Assembly: GCA_013265495.1 (NCBI GenBank)
Contig: MU058252.1
Coordinates: 1,832,244-1,896,243, forward strand
Source: Vicugna vicugna
Lineage: Eukaryota
DNA: 64,000 bases
Direction: 5' to 3'
Shown piece after piece: positions 12,921 through 25,797 of this stretch (within the stretch, counting starts at the first letter, position 1; the number at the start of each line of letters is the position of its first letter). The position numbers and the translations under genes are program-made. The notes under the pieces are model-generated. The model did no database searches. It saw only the letters and a program-made list of their open reading frames with translations, and was not told the origin of the DNA.

Positions 12921-14679
12921 TCTTCCCTTGAGGGCTCAGTTCCTTAAAATCACTCGGAGTTTTTGATTTCAGATCAGAAACCCTCTCCAAGGGATGTGTT
13001 TGGCTCTGCAGCCTCTGAGCTTCAGAGGAACTTGAAATCTTCGATTCTTTCCCAGCTTGGCTGAGGATTAAGACCTGAGCGCTAAGACTGCGTCCCCTCT
13101 GCTTCCCATAACTGCAGGAGGGGAGGCAGCTGAGGAGCCAGACGCGCAGACCCTGTACTGGGAAGCAGAACATGTGACCTGGGCCTGGGAAACCTGCCAA
13201 AGAAGTCGGGCACGTGGGGGGGGGGACCCGCAGGATGAGTGGGGGCGCGGGTGCCATCTGCTCGTGGCGACCTTCAACCTCTGCAGCTGGACAGGAGACA
13301 CAGGCAGCGGGTGGATCTGCGGAGCTGTGAGTCGGGGCGAAACAGGAGCGGTAGAGGGGTGAGGGGGGAGGGGCAGCGCCAAGAAAGCCAAGGTCACTCC
13401 TGTGTCACCTGGACCCCCAGCCGGCTATTAAGACAATTTCCAGAGGTTCTGTTTCCCTCTTTGCTCCACCTTCCACTTACTGGACAGAGCGGAAAACGCT
13501 CTCTGCCTGCCGGTGTGAAAGCCTGTTGTTGGGGAAGGGGGCTGGGAAGGAAATGATTTTCACTTCTCTGATGAGAAAGAGCATCCAGGCACAATTACAG
13601 TGTCTGCTATTCTAAATCCACCATTTAGAGAAGAGAAGCCTGGACCTTTTCTTGCTTTAATTCTTTGCTTTTTAGAATGTGGACTTCGGGTTAAGTTTAA
13701 GATTTAAATGATGACCTGATGCCCTTCAGCATCAGCGCTTACTCAGTTAAGTTGCAGCGCACCTGCTTGATGTGGCGGGTGAGAGAAGGATTTACGAAGC
13801 ATATTTGAAAGCTTGGCTGGGACGCCGGTGCACCCTCTTACTCTCCTCCCGCCCGACCTTTTGGTCTCGGTTCCTCCTTTCTGTCCTGCATTCTTTCCTT
13901 CCCTTTACAGTTTCTCTCCCTCAGAGCCCCCCTCTCCTGCCACTTCGTCCCCACCCGGGCCCACGAGTGCCCTGAAGGGAAGTCCTTTCAGCCGAGCGCC
14001 CCTGTTCAGCCCCACCAGCCTCTCCCCAGGCGAGCCCTCTGCGGGGGATGGCGTGGGCTTCCTAGAGGCTCTGGAGATGAGAAAGTGTCCCCGGGAAGGA
14101 CAAGTGACCGGGTGACAGAGCCCGAGCCCTAACTGAGGGGCACGTTGAGGGAGATTCAAAATTGCCACTGCACTGTTAAGCCTCAGGGTGGAGGTGGGGG
14201 GAGAAGGAAGAGGTGGGAGAAAGGATGTGGCCAGGAGGGACACGAGAGGACAGGACGGTTGTCTGGGGACAGCGTGATCCCTGAAAATTCAGACACAGTA
14301 CTTGCAGCCAGTCCTTGGATTCCAGGAAGAGTAAACTTTCTCACATCTATCTCCCCACCAGCCCCTATGCTGGCCTTCTATCTTGAGAGGGTCATTGCAC
14401 ATCTAGGAATCCTGGGTTAAATGCACGTGTGCACGTGGGATGGTGCGCTGGCATTTGTCATGCTGATGTTAGTATCCAGCCCGGCTCTGTGGGGGACCAG
14501 GCGGCAGAGGAGAGGAGGACCGATCCGGGCTGAGCCCTGGAGCCTGAGGGAGCTGGATCGGGTGGGGTGAGGCTGGCCTCGAAGTTCTAAGCCCTGCAGG
14601 ACAGAGGATGGTAGGGAATTAACGAGCGTCTAATTAATCCCAGAAATTATCCTAGAAAACTGACGCACACTTACACTCT

Positions 14680-14835
14680 TACGATAATACTATGTGAAAT
14701 ATATTTTGAGTTCCATTTTGCAGAGGACAGAAAAAAAATGGAGGCTCATAAGTAACTTCTTCAAAATCACATGGCTTAGCAGGCGTCCAGCTAAAATTTG
14801 AATCTGAATTAGCAAATCTGGCTGGATCTCAAGTT
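14680..14835 (-). mobile_element. MIR SINE
   Basis: 'ccattttgcagagg...gaggctc...aagtaacttcttcaaaatcacatggcttag...atttgaatc' matches the MIR core. Confidence 0.6.
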
Positions 14836-16134
14836 CCAGCTGTTTGCAGAACCTCTGGGAGGGACTGAGGCAGGCCCAGCACCTTGGCAGGGATTAGGGG
14901 GAGGCTTTGCCTCCTGCCCCCACCTCCCCTGCACTGCGGATTCAGAACAGCCTACTGAGTGATATGGGACAACCTGGTGACTCCCGAAGAACCGCCGGGT
15001 AGTGAAGAGACCAAGGGACCTCTTTCTTTAGTGCCGTCATGTGCCCTGTTTCCCTTCCCAAGTGCACAGAGCCGGGCATGTGATGGTGTCTGTGCGCATG
15101 TGTGTGTCTGTGTGTGCGTGTGCATGATTGCCCTTGTATGGAGTATTTGAGAACAAAGCAAAACAAAACAAAACTTACAGGTATTAACCACAGTGGCTCC
15201 ATCTGGGGCCGAATCCTGACCAAGCTCGCTCTCCTCAGGAGTCAGGATATTACCATGGGCTGCAAAGAGCCTTTCCATGTCCTCCCGCCTTGGGAAGAGT
15301 CTGTTTATTGCTCCATTAGAGAAATTCACGTCGATCATAAAAATTAGGAAAACACAGAAAAGTAGAAAAAGCAACCACCATTAATTATAGTTAACTTTAT
15401 ATTGATTTTAAAAAAGAAGCCTGAAGAAATAATGGGAAGGAAATACATCAAACTATTACAGCCTGGCAGAAACAATTGCACCATCATTCTGTGGCTGCAC
15501 CGTTGTCCACAGAACTGATGAATCACAGCTTACAAAGCATCCACGCTCCTGTTGTATATTTAAATTATCTCCACGTTTTCCATTACTAAAAATTATATTT
15601 AGTAATTACTCTGCTTCGTGCATCCCCGCCCCTGATGATATTCTCAGAATCTCAGGATACATTCTCAGGAAATGCCATTACTGAGTGAAAAAGTGTAAAT
15701 GTTTTTAAAGCTCTTGATGTTTATTGCCAAAGCAAGTGCGGGTCTATATGAGAGCCGCTGACCGATTTGCGGGGTGGGTGCTGCCCAGGGTGGCCGTGCG
15801 GGCGTCTGTGCCTGTGATGGTGGGAGCGGTGGAACGGGGAACCAGTCTAGGTTTCGGGGAGGAAGCTGGCAGGTGAAGGACACAGGGACACCCGGCCGGA
15901 GGCCCTCGCAGGCCAGGTCCTCCAGCCTGGAGACCGTGCAGGGGAGGCGTGTGAGGGAACACCGTCTGTCTGCGTACTGGAGTGAGGTTCACTTCTAGGA
16001 AACCTGCGGGAAGGAGACGCAGCTAGCGCTCGCCTGTCTGCGGCCTCTGGTTTCTGCTCCCCACGGGAGTGTCACATCACAATGAAGCAGCCACCCAGCT
16101 GGGCCACCAGCATCATCAGGACCTTGTACCTCCA

Positions 16135-16644
16135 TTACCATATGACCCAGCAAGCCTGCTCCTGGGCATATATCCAGAGGGAACCTTAATTCAAAAAGAC
16201 ACCTGCACCCCAGTGTTCACAGCAGCACTATTTACAATAGAAAAGATGTTGAAACAACCTAAATGTCCATTGACAGATGACTGGATATAGAAGTTGTAGT
16301 ATATTTATACAATGGAATACTACTCAGCCAGAAAAAAGAATGAAATCATGCCATTTGCAGCAACATGGTGGACCTGGAGATTGTCATTCTAAGTGAAGTA
16401 AGTCAGAAAGAGAAAGAAAAATACCATATGATATCACTCATATGTGTCTAAAAATAGGCAGAAAAGAATCTATTTACAAAAGAGAAATGTAATCATAGAC
16501 ATAGTAAAAAACTTATGATTACTGGGGGGAAAGGGGGTGGGAAGGGGTAAATTGGGAGTTAGGGATTTGCAGATACTAACATATATATAACAGACAAACA
16601 ACAAGTTTCTACTGTACAGCACAGGGAACTATATTCAGTATCTT
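16135..16644 (+). mobile_element. L1 3' fragment (ORF2 C-terminus plus partial 3' UTR, no tail)
   Basis: Translates to '[49 protein letters not shown]', the L1 ORF2p C-terminus. Confidence 0.92.
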
Positions 16645-16989
16645 GAGTAGGATCCTGAAGCAGAGGGGAGTTTTAGGGGCAAAGAAGCACCAGATTGAAA
16701 CCTTGGGGGCTTGAGGTTGACTGTGCAAAATCTGTTTCCTTTAGGACCCCACTGTCTGAGCAGTGCCGGGCCAGGAATGTGCTCATTGACTCCTTGGTGA
16801 ATGGAGGGATGGAGACATAGAAGAATGCAGATGGGAGGCCGGGCCAGGAGGCTCCTGGAGGGGTTTGGTGATTGTAGCTCAGTGATTATGTCCCCTGGCT
16901 CTTTCCCCACGCCAGCTCCCTCACTTCCCTGCTTCTCTCCTCCATTTTAACTTCTCACTGCTGCACTTGGGGTCTTTAAATTGTTTTCT

Positions 16990-17690
16990 GTGGAATCACA
17001 CAGCTTCTGGCTCATTACCAACAGGCCACATGGTAACCTGCCAACAACTGGATGTGGGAAGCATTGAATAGAAAACAAGGTATAAAGCTAGATTTTTCAA
17101 ACCACAGGTGGGGGTTCTCAACACCTCTTTTCTCTGCCTGGTGCAGGGAGAAGGTTAGCTCCCGTAAGTATGAGTGTTTTCTCACTGCAGTAATTCTCAG
17201 GGAGACTGAAAAAAACAGGCCCCTGGAAGGGGACGCACCAGAATCGGGTACTTCTGCATGACCCCTTCCTCCTGGGAGAACTTCTGTTCCAAGTGTTTCT
17301 AGAACAGTGCCTGTACTCAGATGTCGTGTGTTTGGAAGCTTTGAGAAGAGGTCGTGCAACTTCATTTGTCTCTGATACAGGACCCCACAAGATGTGTCTC
17401 TGCAAGGAAGAGATATATGTGTGTATATATATATATGTATTTTTTTTAATTGAAGTATAGATGAGTTTGCCATCTTGGAAGCAGATTCTCCAGCCTCGGT
17501 CAAGCCTTTGGATGACAGCTTCCTCCACTGACCACACTTGACCACAACCTCATGAGAGACCCTGAGTCAGAATCACCTGACTAAACCACTCCCAAATTTC
17601 TGACCCTCAGTAACTGTGAGAAAAAAAAATTTATTATTTTAAGCCAACTGTTTATTATAATCATTTACATATCAGTTGATGACTAACATA
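16990..17690 (+). mobile_element. MaLR LTR (MLT1F-like), interrupted at about 17065-17460
   Basis: 'gccatcttggaagcagattctccagcctcggtcaagcctttggatgac...gagagaccctgagtcagaatcacc...ttttaagcca...gactaacata' is a typical MLT1 3' half. A short 5' piece lies before 17065. Confidence 0.7.
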
Positions 17691-17699
17691 AACTCGCTT

Positions 17700-18400
17700 T
17701 CATCATTATTTTTATTTTAAGCAATCAATCAACTTTTAAAGAGATTATAAATATTATTTTACATTTGACCACTTATTTTCCATCTTCAATGCTCTCATTC
17801 CTTTTTGGATATGAAAATTCCCACTTGGTATCATTTTTTTTTCTACCTGTAGAAATTCCTTCGGTATTTCTTGTAGTTAAAAATCTGGTGGCAATGAATT
17901 TACTTAATGCTTTTTCCTCTAAGACACCTTTAGCCTTTATTTAAAAAACTTTTTTTATTCGGAAACAATTTTAAACTCACACAGAAGTTGCAAACGTAAC
18001 ACGGAGAGTTCCATATACTGTTTACCAAGCTTCCCCCATGACAGCATCTTATGTAATTATGACACATTTAGCAAGACCAGGAAACTGACATTATAACAAT
18101 ACTGAAGATGTTTTTGGATTTAGCCAGTTTTCACACACACTCATTTTGGGCGACACGTGATTCTGTGAAATTTTATCACATCTGTAGCCAACGTCACCAT
18201 CTCCCCAGCTGGGGTCTCTTCAGTTTCCCGTCTCGTGCTGTGAACTGCAAACCGCGTCTGGCTGTCATCCAGGGGAGTTGTCAGGCCCACCTCAGTCCTC
18301 TCCTTCTTGCAGGAATCACACTCCTGTGCTGTCAATGGCCAGTGAGCAGAAACGATGATTTATTTCCTCTGTATTTGTCTAGTTTTCTAGTTAATTTTAG
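17700..18400 (-). mobile_element. Old L1 fragments (L1M/L1MC-type)
   Basis: Antisense old-L1 motifs, including the 3'-end motif 'aacaattttaaactcacacagaagttgcaaa' near 17965. Confidence 0.6.
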
Positions 18401-19189
18401 TGGGGAGATAATTAGGTCCCCGTGATGCACCGTGGAGGGAAGTGGGCGTGTGAATGCTGGGAAGGTGTTCGTGGCTCGTGTAACTCTCTGAGGCGCAAGC
18501 AGCGGGGCTGACAAGCTGTCGCGCTGGTCTGTCTTTGGGGTGGGAGGAGCACCAGCTTGAATTCTGAATTTCCTCTTCTTCACAGGAGCCCACATGTACG
18601 TGGCTGTTCCCTTCTTAAAAGGCTCACTGTCGTCTCCTGATTTCCTGTGTCAGTGTCTTCCCTCCCATTAGCATCACCAGTCACCCACCTCCCCATTTTC
18701 TTTTCAACTTCCCTTGCTTTCTGTTGTCTGCCTTGTAATTCTCCTTTTTTGATCAAGCTCTTATCTTCAGAACCGTCAGTTTCAACATGATCCCAGACTC
18801 GGTAGCTTTGTCATGTAAACTTTTTCTATTTAATACCATTGTGTCACCAAGCAGTTACAGAAATCAAAGCCTTGGAGAATGTCAGAACTGATGAGAGTAA
18901 ATGTTACAAATGACAGTCATTGGTTTTGTAGCCAACAAAGCAAGCATTAAAGGTTATTAATTATACAGAAATGTTTCTGAAGGATAATTAATGTCAAGGC
19001 AAACCACCCGCTTTGGTGAGTGTCAGGCTGAAGGGAAGGTCAGAGGGAGAAGAGGCACCACGCTTCCCTCTGTTTGGCTGAAACTGCCGATGAACAGGAT
19101 GAACAAAACAGCCGAGCTGTGTTTACTGTATTTAGGTCTCGGTCTCTGTGGTTCTGAGAAACTGGTTGCTCCTTCCTGCTTACTTCCCA

Positions 19190-19722
19190 CCATTTGAGGA
19201 TGATAACTCAGGACGTATCTACGTCATATACTGGACAGTGATTCAGAGCATAGATGGTCTTCTGGAGAACCTTCCCCACCCTACAAGGTATTGCCATCTG
19301 GCTTGTGCGGTAATTGAGTCTTTGAAACGCCATTCCATCGTTAAGCCAGCTGCTTCAGGGTGGTGGGGAACACGGTGAGAGCAGTGAGTTCCATGAGCAT
19401 GGGCCCATTGCCGCACTGCATTTTCTGTGAAGTGAGTCCCTTGACCCCTTGACCCAAAGCAATGCTGTGTGGAGCACCATGAGGGTGGATAAGGCATTCT
19501 GGAAGTCCATGCGTGGTAGTTTTGGCAGACACTCTGCATGTAGAGAAGGAAAATCTGTATCTAGATTAGGTGTCTGTTCTAGCGAGGTCGAAGCACTGCT
19601 TCTTCCAGGACGGAAGTGGTCCAGTGCAACCAACCTGCCGCCAGGTAGCCGACTGGTCACCCCAGCGAATGGTGCATCTTGGTGGCTCAGCGTTGGTCTC
19701 TGCTCACTGTTGGGCACTCAGT
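19190..19722 (-). mobile_element. ERV-L (class III) pol integrase remnant, frameshifted
   Basis: Minus-strand frames give 'EQRPTLS', 'SAKTTTHGLPECLIHPHGAPHSIA' and 'QGTHFTENAVRQWAHAHGTHCSHRVPHHPEAAGL', closely matching the ERV-L integrase core. Confidence 0.92.
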
Positions 19723-19826
19723 GATTAAGATTACTGATCACATCTACAAAATATCTTCACAAAACACCTGACTGAGTAACTGAGGACTGTCATCTAACCA
19801 AGGTGACCCATCAAAAGACTCTCACA
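19723..19826 (-). mobile_element. MLT2-type LTR, 5' portion
   Basis: Reverse complement starts 'TGTGAGAGTCTTTTGATGGGTCACCTTGGTTAG...TGTGAAGATATTTTGTAGATGTGATC', resembling the MLT2 5' end. MLT2 is the LTR family of ERV-L. Confidence 0.75.
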
Positions 19827-22800
19827 GTCTAAATCCAAATTTTTGGATATGACCTCATGTCCACTGAATAAAGGTTATCTTTCATGCGTGGCAGAAAATT
19901 CTTTAGTTTTACAAATGCCCTCTGCTAAGCTTTTGTGTAGACATTCTGGTAGAAGTTCTGTGGCAGGAGTTTGAGATCTGCAAATATAACATGTACATGA
20001 GGAGAGGAGGACCTTTCTGGTTAAAATAAACATTGTGCCCTGGGTTTGTCTTTTAGGTAAAATGGTTTTAAAATCTTTGCACTTGTGTACGTGCGTGCTT
20101 CATTGCTGCGAGTGGGGCAGGGCTGACCCCGCCGACGCTGTGTAGTGATCTGTGGGTCTCTGGGACAGTGTTCAAGAACCTTAGGGTGGAAGAAATGAGG
20201 GCTGGCGTGCGGGTCAGGCAGGATCCGTTAAGCCGTGTAGCTTCAGAGCCATAAAGTGTGTGGTTGGCACCCGACTAGGAGTGTAACACACCAGAGACAG
20301 AACGAGCGGAGGGCCCAATGCCCAGTCGACATTGCCTCCAAATTAAAATACCCAGATACGCTTGCTAGCGTGAATCAACATGAGCGCATGATTTCTAGGG
20401 TTGCTTTCTGCTCTTCCCTCTTCCACTTGGCTGGCCTGAGGGCGCTGCTGCCTGAGGGACGACTGAGGGATTGGAAAGCCTTTGCCTCTTCGAGGACCGA
20501 ACCCCAAATCTACAGCTGCTGCAGGTGCAGCTATAATCTGCCTTCCTCGGCGAAACCGCCCCCGATCATCAGCCGTGTTACTCTCCTCCGCCGGGCTGTC
20601 GGGGCCGCAAGACAGGGGTGTTCTCTTCTTACTGGCAGTTTTGTCATCCAGTCTGAAAGCCCAACGTGTAGTTTTGAACAAATGCTATGTTCCTGATGAA
20701 TATTTGCCGAGAGATTGATCATCAGAAACAAAGGGGTAGGAAGTAGCTTTCATTCTTCTGTGATGATAGGAATAATGGAGTGGATGGTCCCTTGCCTGTC
20801 GCCCAGGTATGGATGAGGGCCATCGGAGAAGCCCGAGTGATGCAGACGCTGAGTCACCACTGGAATCACAGAAGTGAGCTCAAGGTTTCGCTATGCAAAG
20901 CAAGCGCTCACCTGTGTTCTGGGAATACGGTGGGCCCGACGTGGAAAAGCGTCACCGCCCAGAAAGACAGCTTACAATGTCCCAGGTGTCCTCTTAAAAA
21001 TACAGAGACTCGAGCCATTCGTCAGTGTGTTCCTGAGCACCACGCTGGGGAGGGAGCGACAGAACTGACGTGGCTCTGCCTGAAGAAATACACGGGCGGT
21101 GGTCCCCTTGGGGTTCCCGTGGCGGGGGGAGTGTTTCTTCAGCTGGGCGACGAGCTCATGAGTGTCTAATAGGTCAGTCACAGGTTGTTCACCCTCTTCG
21201 TTAGCTCGGGAACACGAGATGGCAATTTCCATTCTTCGTGTGTTATCAGCTGGGCAGCTCTAGCAATATGAGTGCTTTTCTGACACGTGGCAGGTATACG
21301 TGTGTGAATGCATGTATTCACCAGGGTGAGTATCACTTCTGGGAAAACACAGGCGCCTGGCCCCGTAGTAAAATGCCTGACATTCTGCTGAGCTGACACT
21401 TGCTGGGATCTCCTCAAAAACCCGAGGACAAGGGGTTATTTTATCTTCTGCTCCTCCCATCACCAAGAAAAAGGCAGTATTTGTTGAGCTGAAATATGCC
21501 GGCCCAACTAACTTGACAGGTCCCTGGAAAAGCAACTGAGCTCTGAGTAGAGCCCAGAGTGAGGGCTGGTCCTCCCATGGGTCCTGGCTGCGGCGCCCGG
21601 GGTTCTGTCCTCAGCCCTGGCGGCCGATCTCACGGTACTCAAAGTGTCAGAGACATCAGGGGTGCTACACGGAGCCTGTGGCGTGTCCCTGTGCATAGGG
21701 AGTACAGCCATGTTTTCTTTGGCAAATGACATTCTGATTTGGAGAAACGGTCTCTAGCTGGTGGCTGGCTGACCGTGGACGTAGGTGATCGGATGTGTTC
21801 TTCAAGGAGCCAGCAACATCCGAGCCGTCCAGATGTAGCCTGGACATGCCCGGCAGCTGTCTGTTATCAGATGGAAATGGTGTTTGTGGCACTGGTGGTG
21901 CCAGGACCTGAAGGTGCAGGCGATCGGCAAGAATGCCTCTCTCACAAACAGAGTGCCTGGTCTCGAAACACCGCTGCTCCTCCCTCAACAAACGCCCGTG
22001 CCTGTGGGACGTGAGTCATGGACGCGGCTCACGGATGCTGACTGGAAAAGACAAAAGCCCTTTTGGGATGGTGCACATCACACTGACGTCAGTCACATGG
22101 GGGTGCTGTGATGCTCTGAAGAGCGGAGGAGGAGGAGAAGGGAAACCGGCCTCTTCCATCCATCATTCATGGGCCTGGTGTCTCCTACTTACCACCAAAT
22201 CCCCAACTGTTCGGTCTGGATCAAGGGATTACCTTTACAGCTAGAGAGGGAAAGGAATATGCAGATGCTCGTGGGATTCCCGACCCCATTAAAAGTCCCA
22301 CCATCTGGAAGTCACTGACCTACAGGAGTAGAGTGACTGTCAGAGGCTGAGGCATGATGCCAAGGAGATTTCACCCCAGTCTGACGTGCTGTCTTTCCGA
22401 TGCCACACAGACTCTGACAGAGTGAAGCAGCGAAACATGGATGGTGATTTGTCTGGCCAGAATATCCAGCGATTTTTCTGGATAGCCAGAACCTGTTGGT
22501 CTAGGAATCAGAGAACGAACATTAGGGTGAGTCTTCACACAGTTACATCTGAAGACCCATTTGTAGTTAGTTTTTATTTCTTGCTCCATTAACTATGGAC
22601 TTTGCTGAATTAGAGGTTTTGGAAAGTAAGAAATGTCTCAACAGAAGAGAGAGCAGTGGTTCCTTTCATCTGGAGGCTGAGGCTAACGCCTGCAAGTTTG
22701 GAATCTTTGCGTCGTCAGGCTGATGGAGCAAAAAGAAGTTCAGCTGTTGGTTGGGTGATCTGATTCTGATGATTAAAAGAAAAGGGGTGTCGCTAAGTAA

Positions 22801-24669
22801 CTGGGGCAGAGGAGAGCGATGAAGCTCACTCTTTTGGGAAGTGACACTAAGCCCTGGTCGGCCGTGGAGGTGACGGTGAAAGCTCCGGGTCTGTAGAATT
22901 TGAGAGGCCGACCGGCAATTTCTCTTTAGTTCTCCCTCAGGCGCAGAATTTCTTACCGCTTATTATACTGTGAATCGGGGGATGTGCGCAGAATTGAAAC
23001 GGAGAAGGTAGTAAAGACTGCCTGCCTGGATCACGGACAGACAGAGGGCCCCCCAGGAAGAGCCCCCCTGCACGTGGACGCAGCCAGGGCTGCTTGGCCT
23101 GGCTTGTGATTACCCACACCCCCAGCGCTGTGACGGCGCCCTAAGGTTTCTGAATTATGGGCCAATCACGCCCTGTAATAGACTACAGACACTTCATTTG
23201 TAAGTCAGCATAAGCACTTTGCCCATGTCCCTCGAGCGAGTGCATTTATTTGGTCGGTCACAGGCGACAACAGTGGGCAGGGCGAGCCCCTCCCAGTGAC
23301 ATCTGCCAGGATCAAGGTGGTCTGCGATGCACCCTGTTTCTGGGGGACGCAAAGGCGCCAGGCCCTGTGCTAAGTACGGGAGGTTGGAGCACGGGTCGGG
23401 GCCCCCAGGACTCAGCCTGGGGGCAGGGCTCGCCCCGAAGCGCTCTGTTTCAGACGTGCTTCCAAGCAGCACTTGCGCACGCGTGTTGAGATGTTCGCTG
23501 TGTCGTGCGTGCTTTTACCCTAAGTTGCGCTTTTCCTTCACGGCGGTGCTGACGGTAGTGAAATCCGTGTGGATGCGCTCAGGGAGATGGTGGTAGAGCA
23601 GGCTCTGGGCTCTACAGTCAGGGAGGGTCGCGCCCGAGGTAGCTCTCTGGTCTACCGGCCGTGGCCGAGACCCGGCCCTCCCAGGTGTAAATGTGGCAAA
23701 CGCCATTTACATCGAGAGGCTGTTGGAAGGATTGATGGAGGACTTGTATTAAAACACCTAGTGTAAGAAGACAATCAATAATTCTTCATTCCTCATTCCA
23801 AGACTTTTATTTCTTTTACTGCACGGTGATAAATTCACCTGGGCTGAAGAATTCTAACTAGTTAGGAAGTGCTTCTGTAAAGAAGGTGGAAGGGAAGAAT
23901 CACATATATTTAAAAGTTGAATAACTTCCGTGGTTGTTCTCAAGCTCTTCCTGCTGTAGAGAAGAGGGCTTCTCCAGAATAGGCCATTTTCTCCCAACCA
24001 CTCTTCCAGGGACACTGCACCCATGAGCAAAGTCTGCATAATTAATGCACTGGATGGGACTGCGTTGATGCCACTGTGTACGAGAAATCATCAAGAAGTT
24101 AATAAAGCAATGATGGAACCTTTGGCAAATGTGGTGCTGAATCTCAAAAATAAAAGTCAAAATACCATTACATCATCACACCTTTTCCAGCAAAAGGACT
24201 CACATAAATGAGAGATCATAATGTTCCACGGAACGGAAGGAGACTGTCTTCCCTCTTCTGAGAACGCACACAGTCTGTTAAGAGAGGGAGGTTACAGATG
24301 CCCCTGCTTTTTCGGGTTGGGCTCTTGTGCAAAGCTGGGGCTCTCCCACTTCAAGCTTGTCAGCCTGCAGAGAGGGCAGCAGAAAGAAGCGCTCTGGGCT
24401 GTGACCTTGGCTTCAATTCAGGACGCCAAGAAGTTGTCACACCCCTGGCTTCAGTATCAGTGCCCAGCTCTTCTGTCCAAACTACTCTGCCGTCAGCACA
24501 GCTCCGATCGTATTTCCCGATTGGCTCGGTTGTTTGTATTTATATTTTAGCAGCCAGAGCTCTGGAGTGGAAGAGAGAAGGGGCCAGTAAATGGGAGGAT
24601 TTGGGATCCAAATCCAGTGCCACCTTCAGCGTCCTGGAGGGTTGAAGTTGGAGGGAACTGAGAGTCATT

Positions 24670-24790
24670 ATATTGATGGGAAAAATGAAGATGAGCCGAT
24701 GAAGTGAATTACCCAAGGTCGCACAGCTGTCGGTGCAGGGGGCACGAGCAGAGCTTGGGCTGCAGCACTTTAACGGTCTCGTCTCCAGCT
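24670..24790 (-). mobile_element. MIR SINE fragment
   Basis: 'gaagtgaattacccaaggtcgcacagctg' matches the MIR core. Confidence 0.55.
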
Positions 24791-25209
24791 CGTGCTTCGG
24801 GGACTCGCCATGTGCCGCTGATCTGCTCTTTTCTTTAGGTTGCACATTACCAGGTTTTCCAACCCTTTATTTGCCTTGTTTTCCAGTGATTATGGTCCTG
24901 ATTACTGCCCCTTTTCATGGGCTCACACTCCCGTTTGCTGATGTGCCTTAATCCTGTGGCATCACAAAGGCACTGCTTGGGATGCAGTTGCCTAACGAGA
25001 GGAGCAGAGGAGGATTCTTCAATCGGAATGATATATTCCTACTACCATCCAAGGACAGACTGGCTCGTGTGGTTGTTAACACATCCCACGTGCGTACTTT
25101 ATGCCTTTATAATCCTAGAGACACACCGTCAACATGAACATTGATTTTTAAAGTGATCATTTCTTGTCTTGATGCTAATAATAATAATAATAATAAACAA
25201 CAAACAATG

Positions 25210-25425
25210 AATCTTTACTATTTCCAGGCACTTTAAACATCATGCTTTACTTACAGGTATTAACTCACTGAATCTGCACAATAACCTCTTGCATTGGCGA
25301 CCACTAGCTCCCCTAGCAGGCAGATGAGGACACAGAGGTCGGGATGGTAAAGATGTCCAAGGTCACACAAGCGGTAAGGAGCAAGGTCAAGTTCAAACCG
25401 AGGGACTTTGTCTACAGAGGCCACA
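25210..25425 (-). mobile_element. MIR SINE
   Basis: 'ccaggcactt...ttaactcactgaatctgcacaataacc...cagatgaggacacagagg...tccaaggtcacacaagcggtaag...ttcaaacc'. Confidence 0.75.
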
Positions 25426-25660
25426 ATCCTCAGATACTATATATTAAGAACTCAAGGTATGTCTTGCTTCTGGCCTTCAGGGCTTGGAGCAGTGGAGGAG
25501 AGACTGCAGTTTCATAGATCATGTGAGGACAGAACTACTGAGCAAGAATCCTGCAGCTGCCCACATGGAGGCTCACAGTCACTGCTAGTGGAGAACCATG
25601 GTGGATTCCAAGCCCATTGCCTCCATCTGCTGGGGGGACAAGAAGTTGGAACTCTGTCTC

Positions 25661-25797
25661 TTTTTTATTCATTTATTTTTGTTCTGGAGGGTAATTAGAT
25701 TTATTTATTTACTTATTTATTTTAATGGAGGGACTGGGGATTGAACCCAGGACCTGTGCATGCCAAGCATGCGCTCCACCACTGAGCCCTACCCTCT
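25661..25797 (-). mobile_element. tRNA-derived SINE, camelid vic-1 type
   Basis: Minus strand has an A-box-like 'gctcagtggtggagcgc', a B box 'ggttcaatccc' and an (AAAT)n tail. Homologous to the copies at 36353, 52166 and 55076. Confidence 0.88.
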
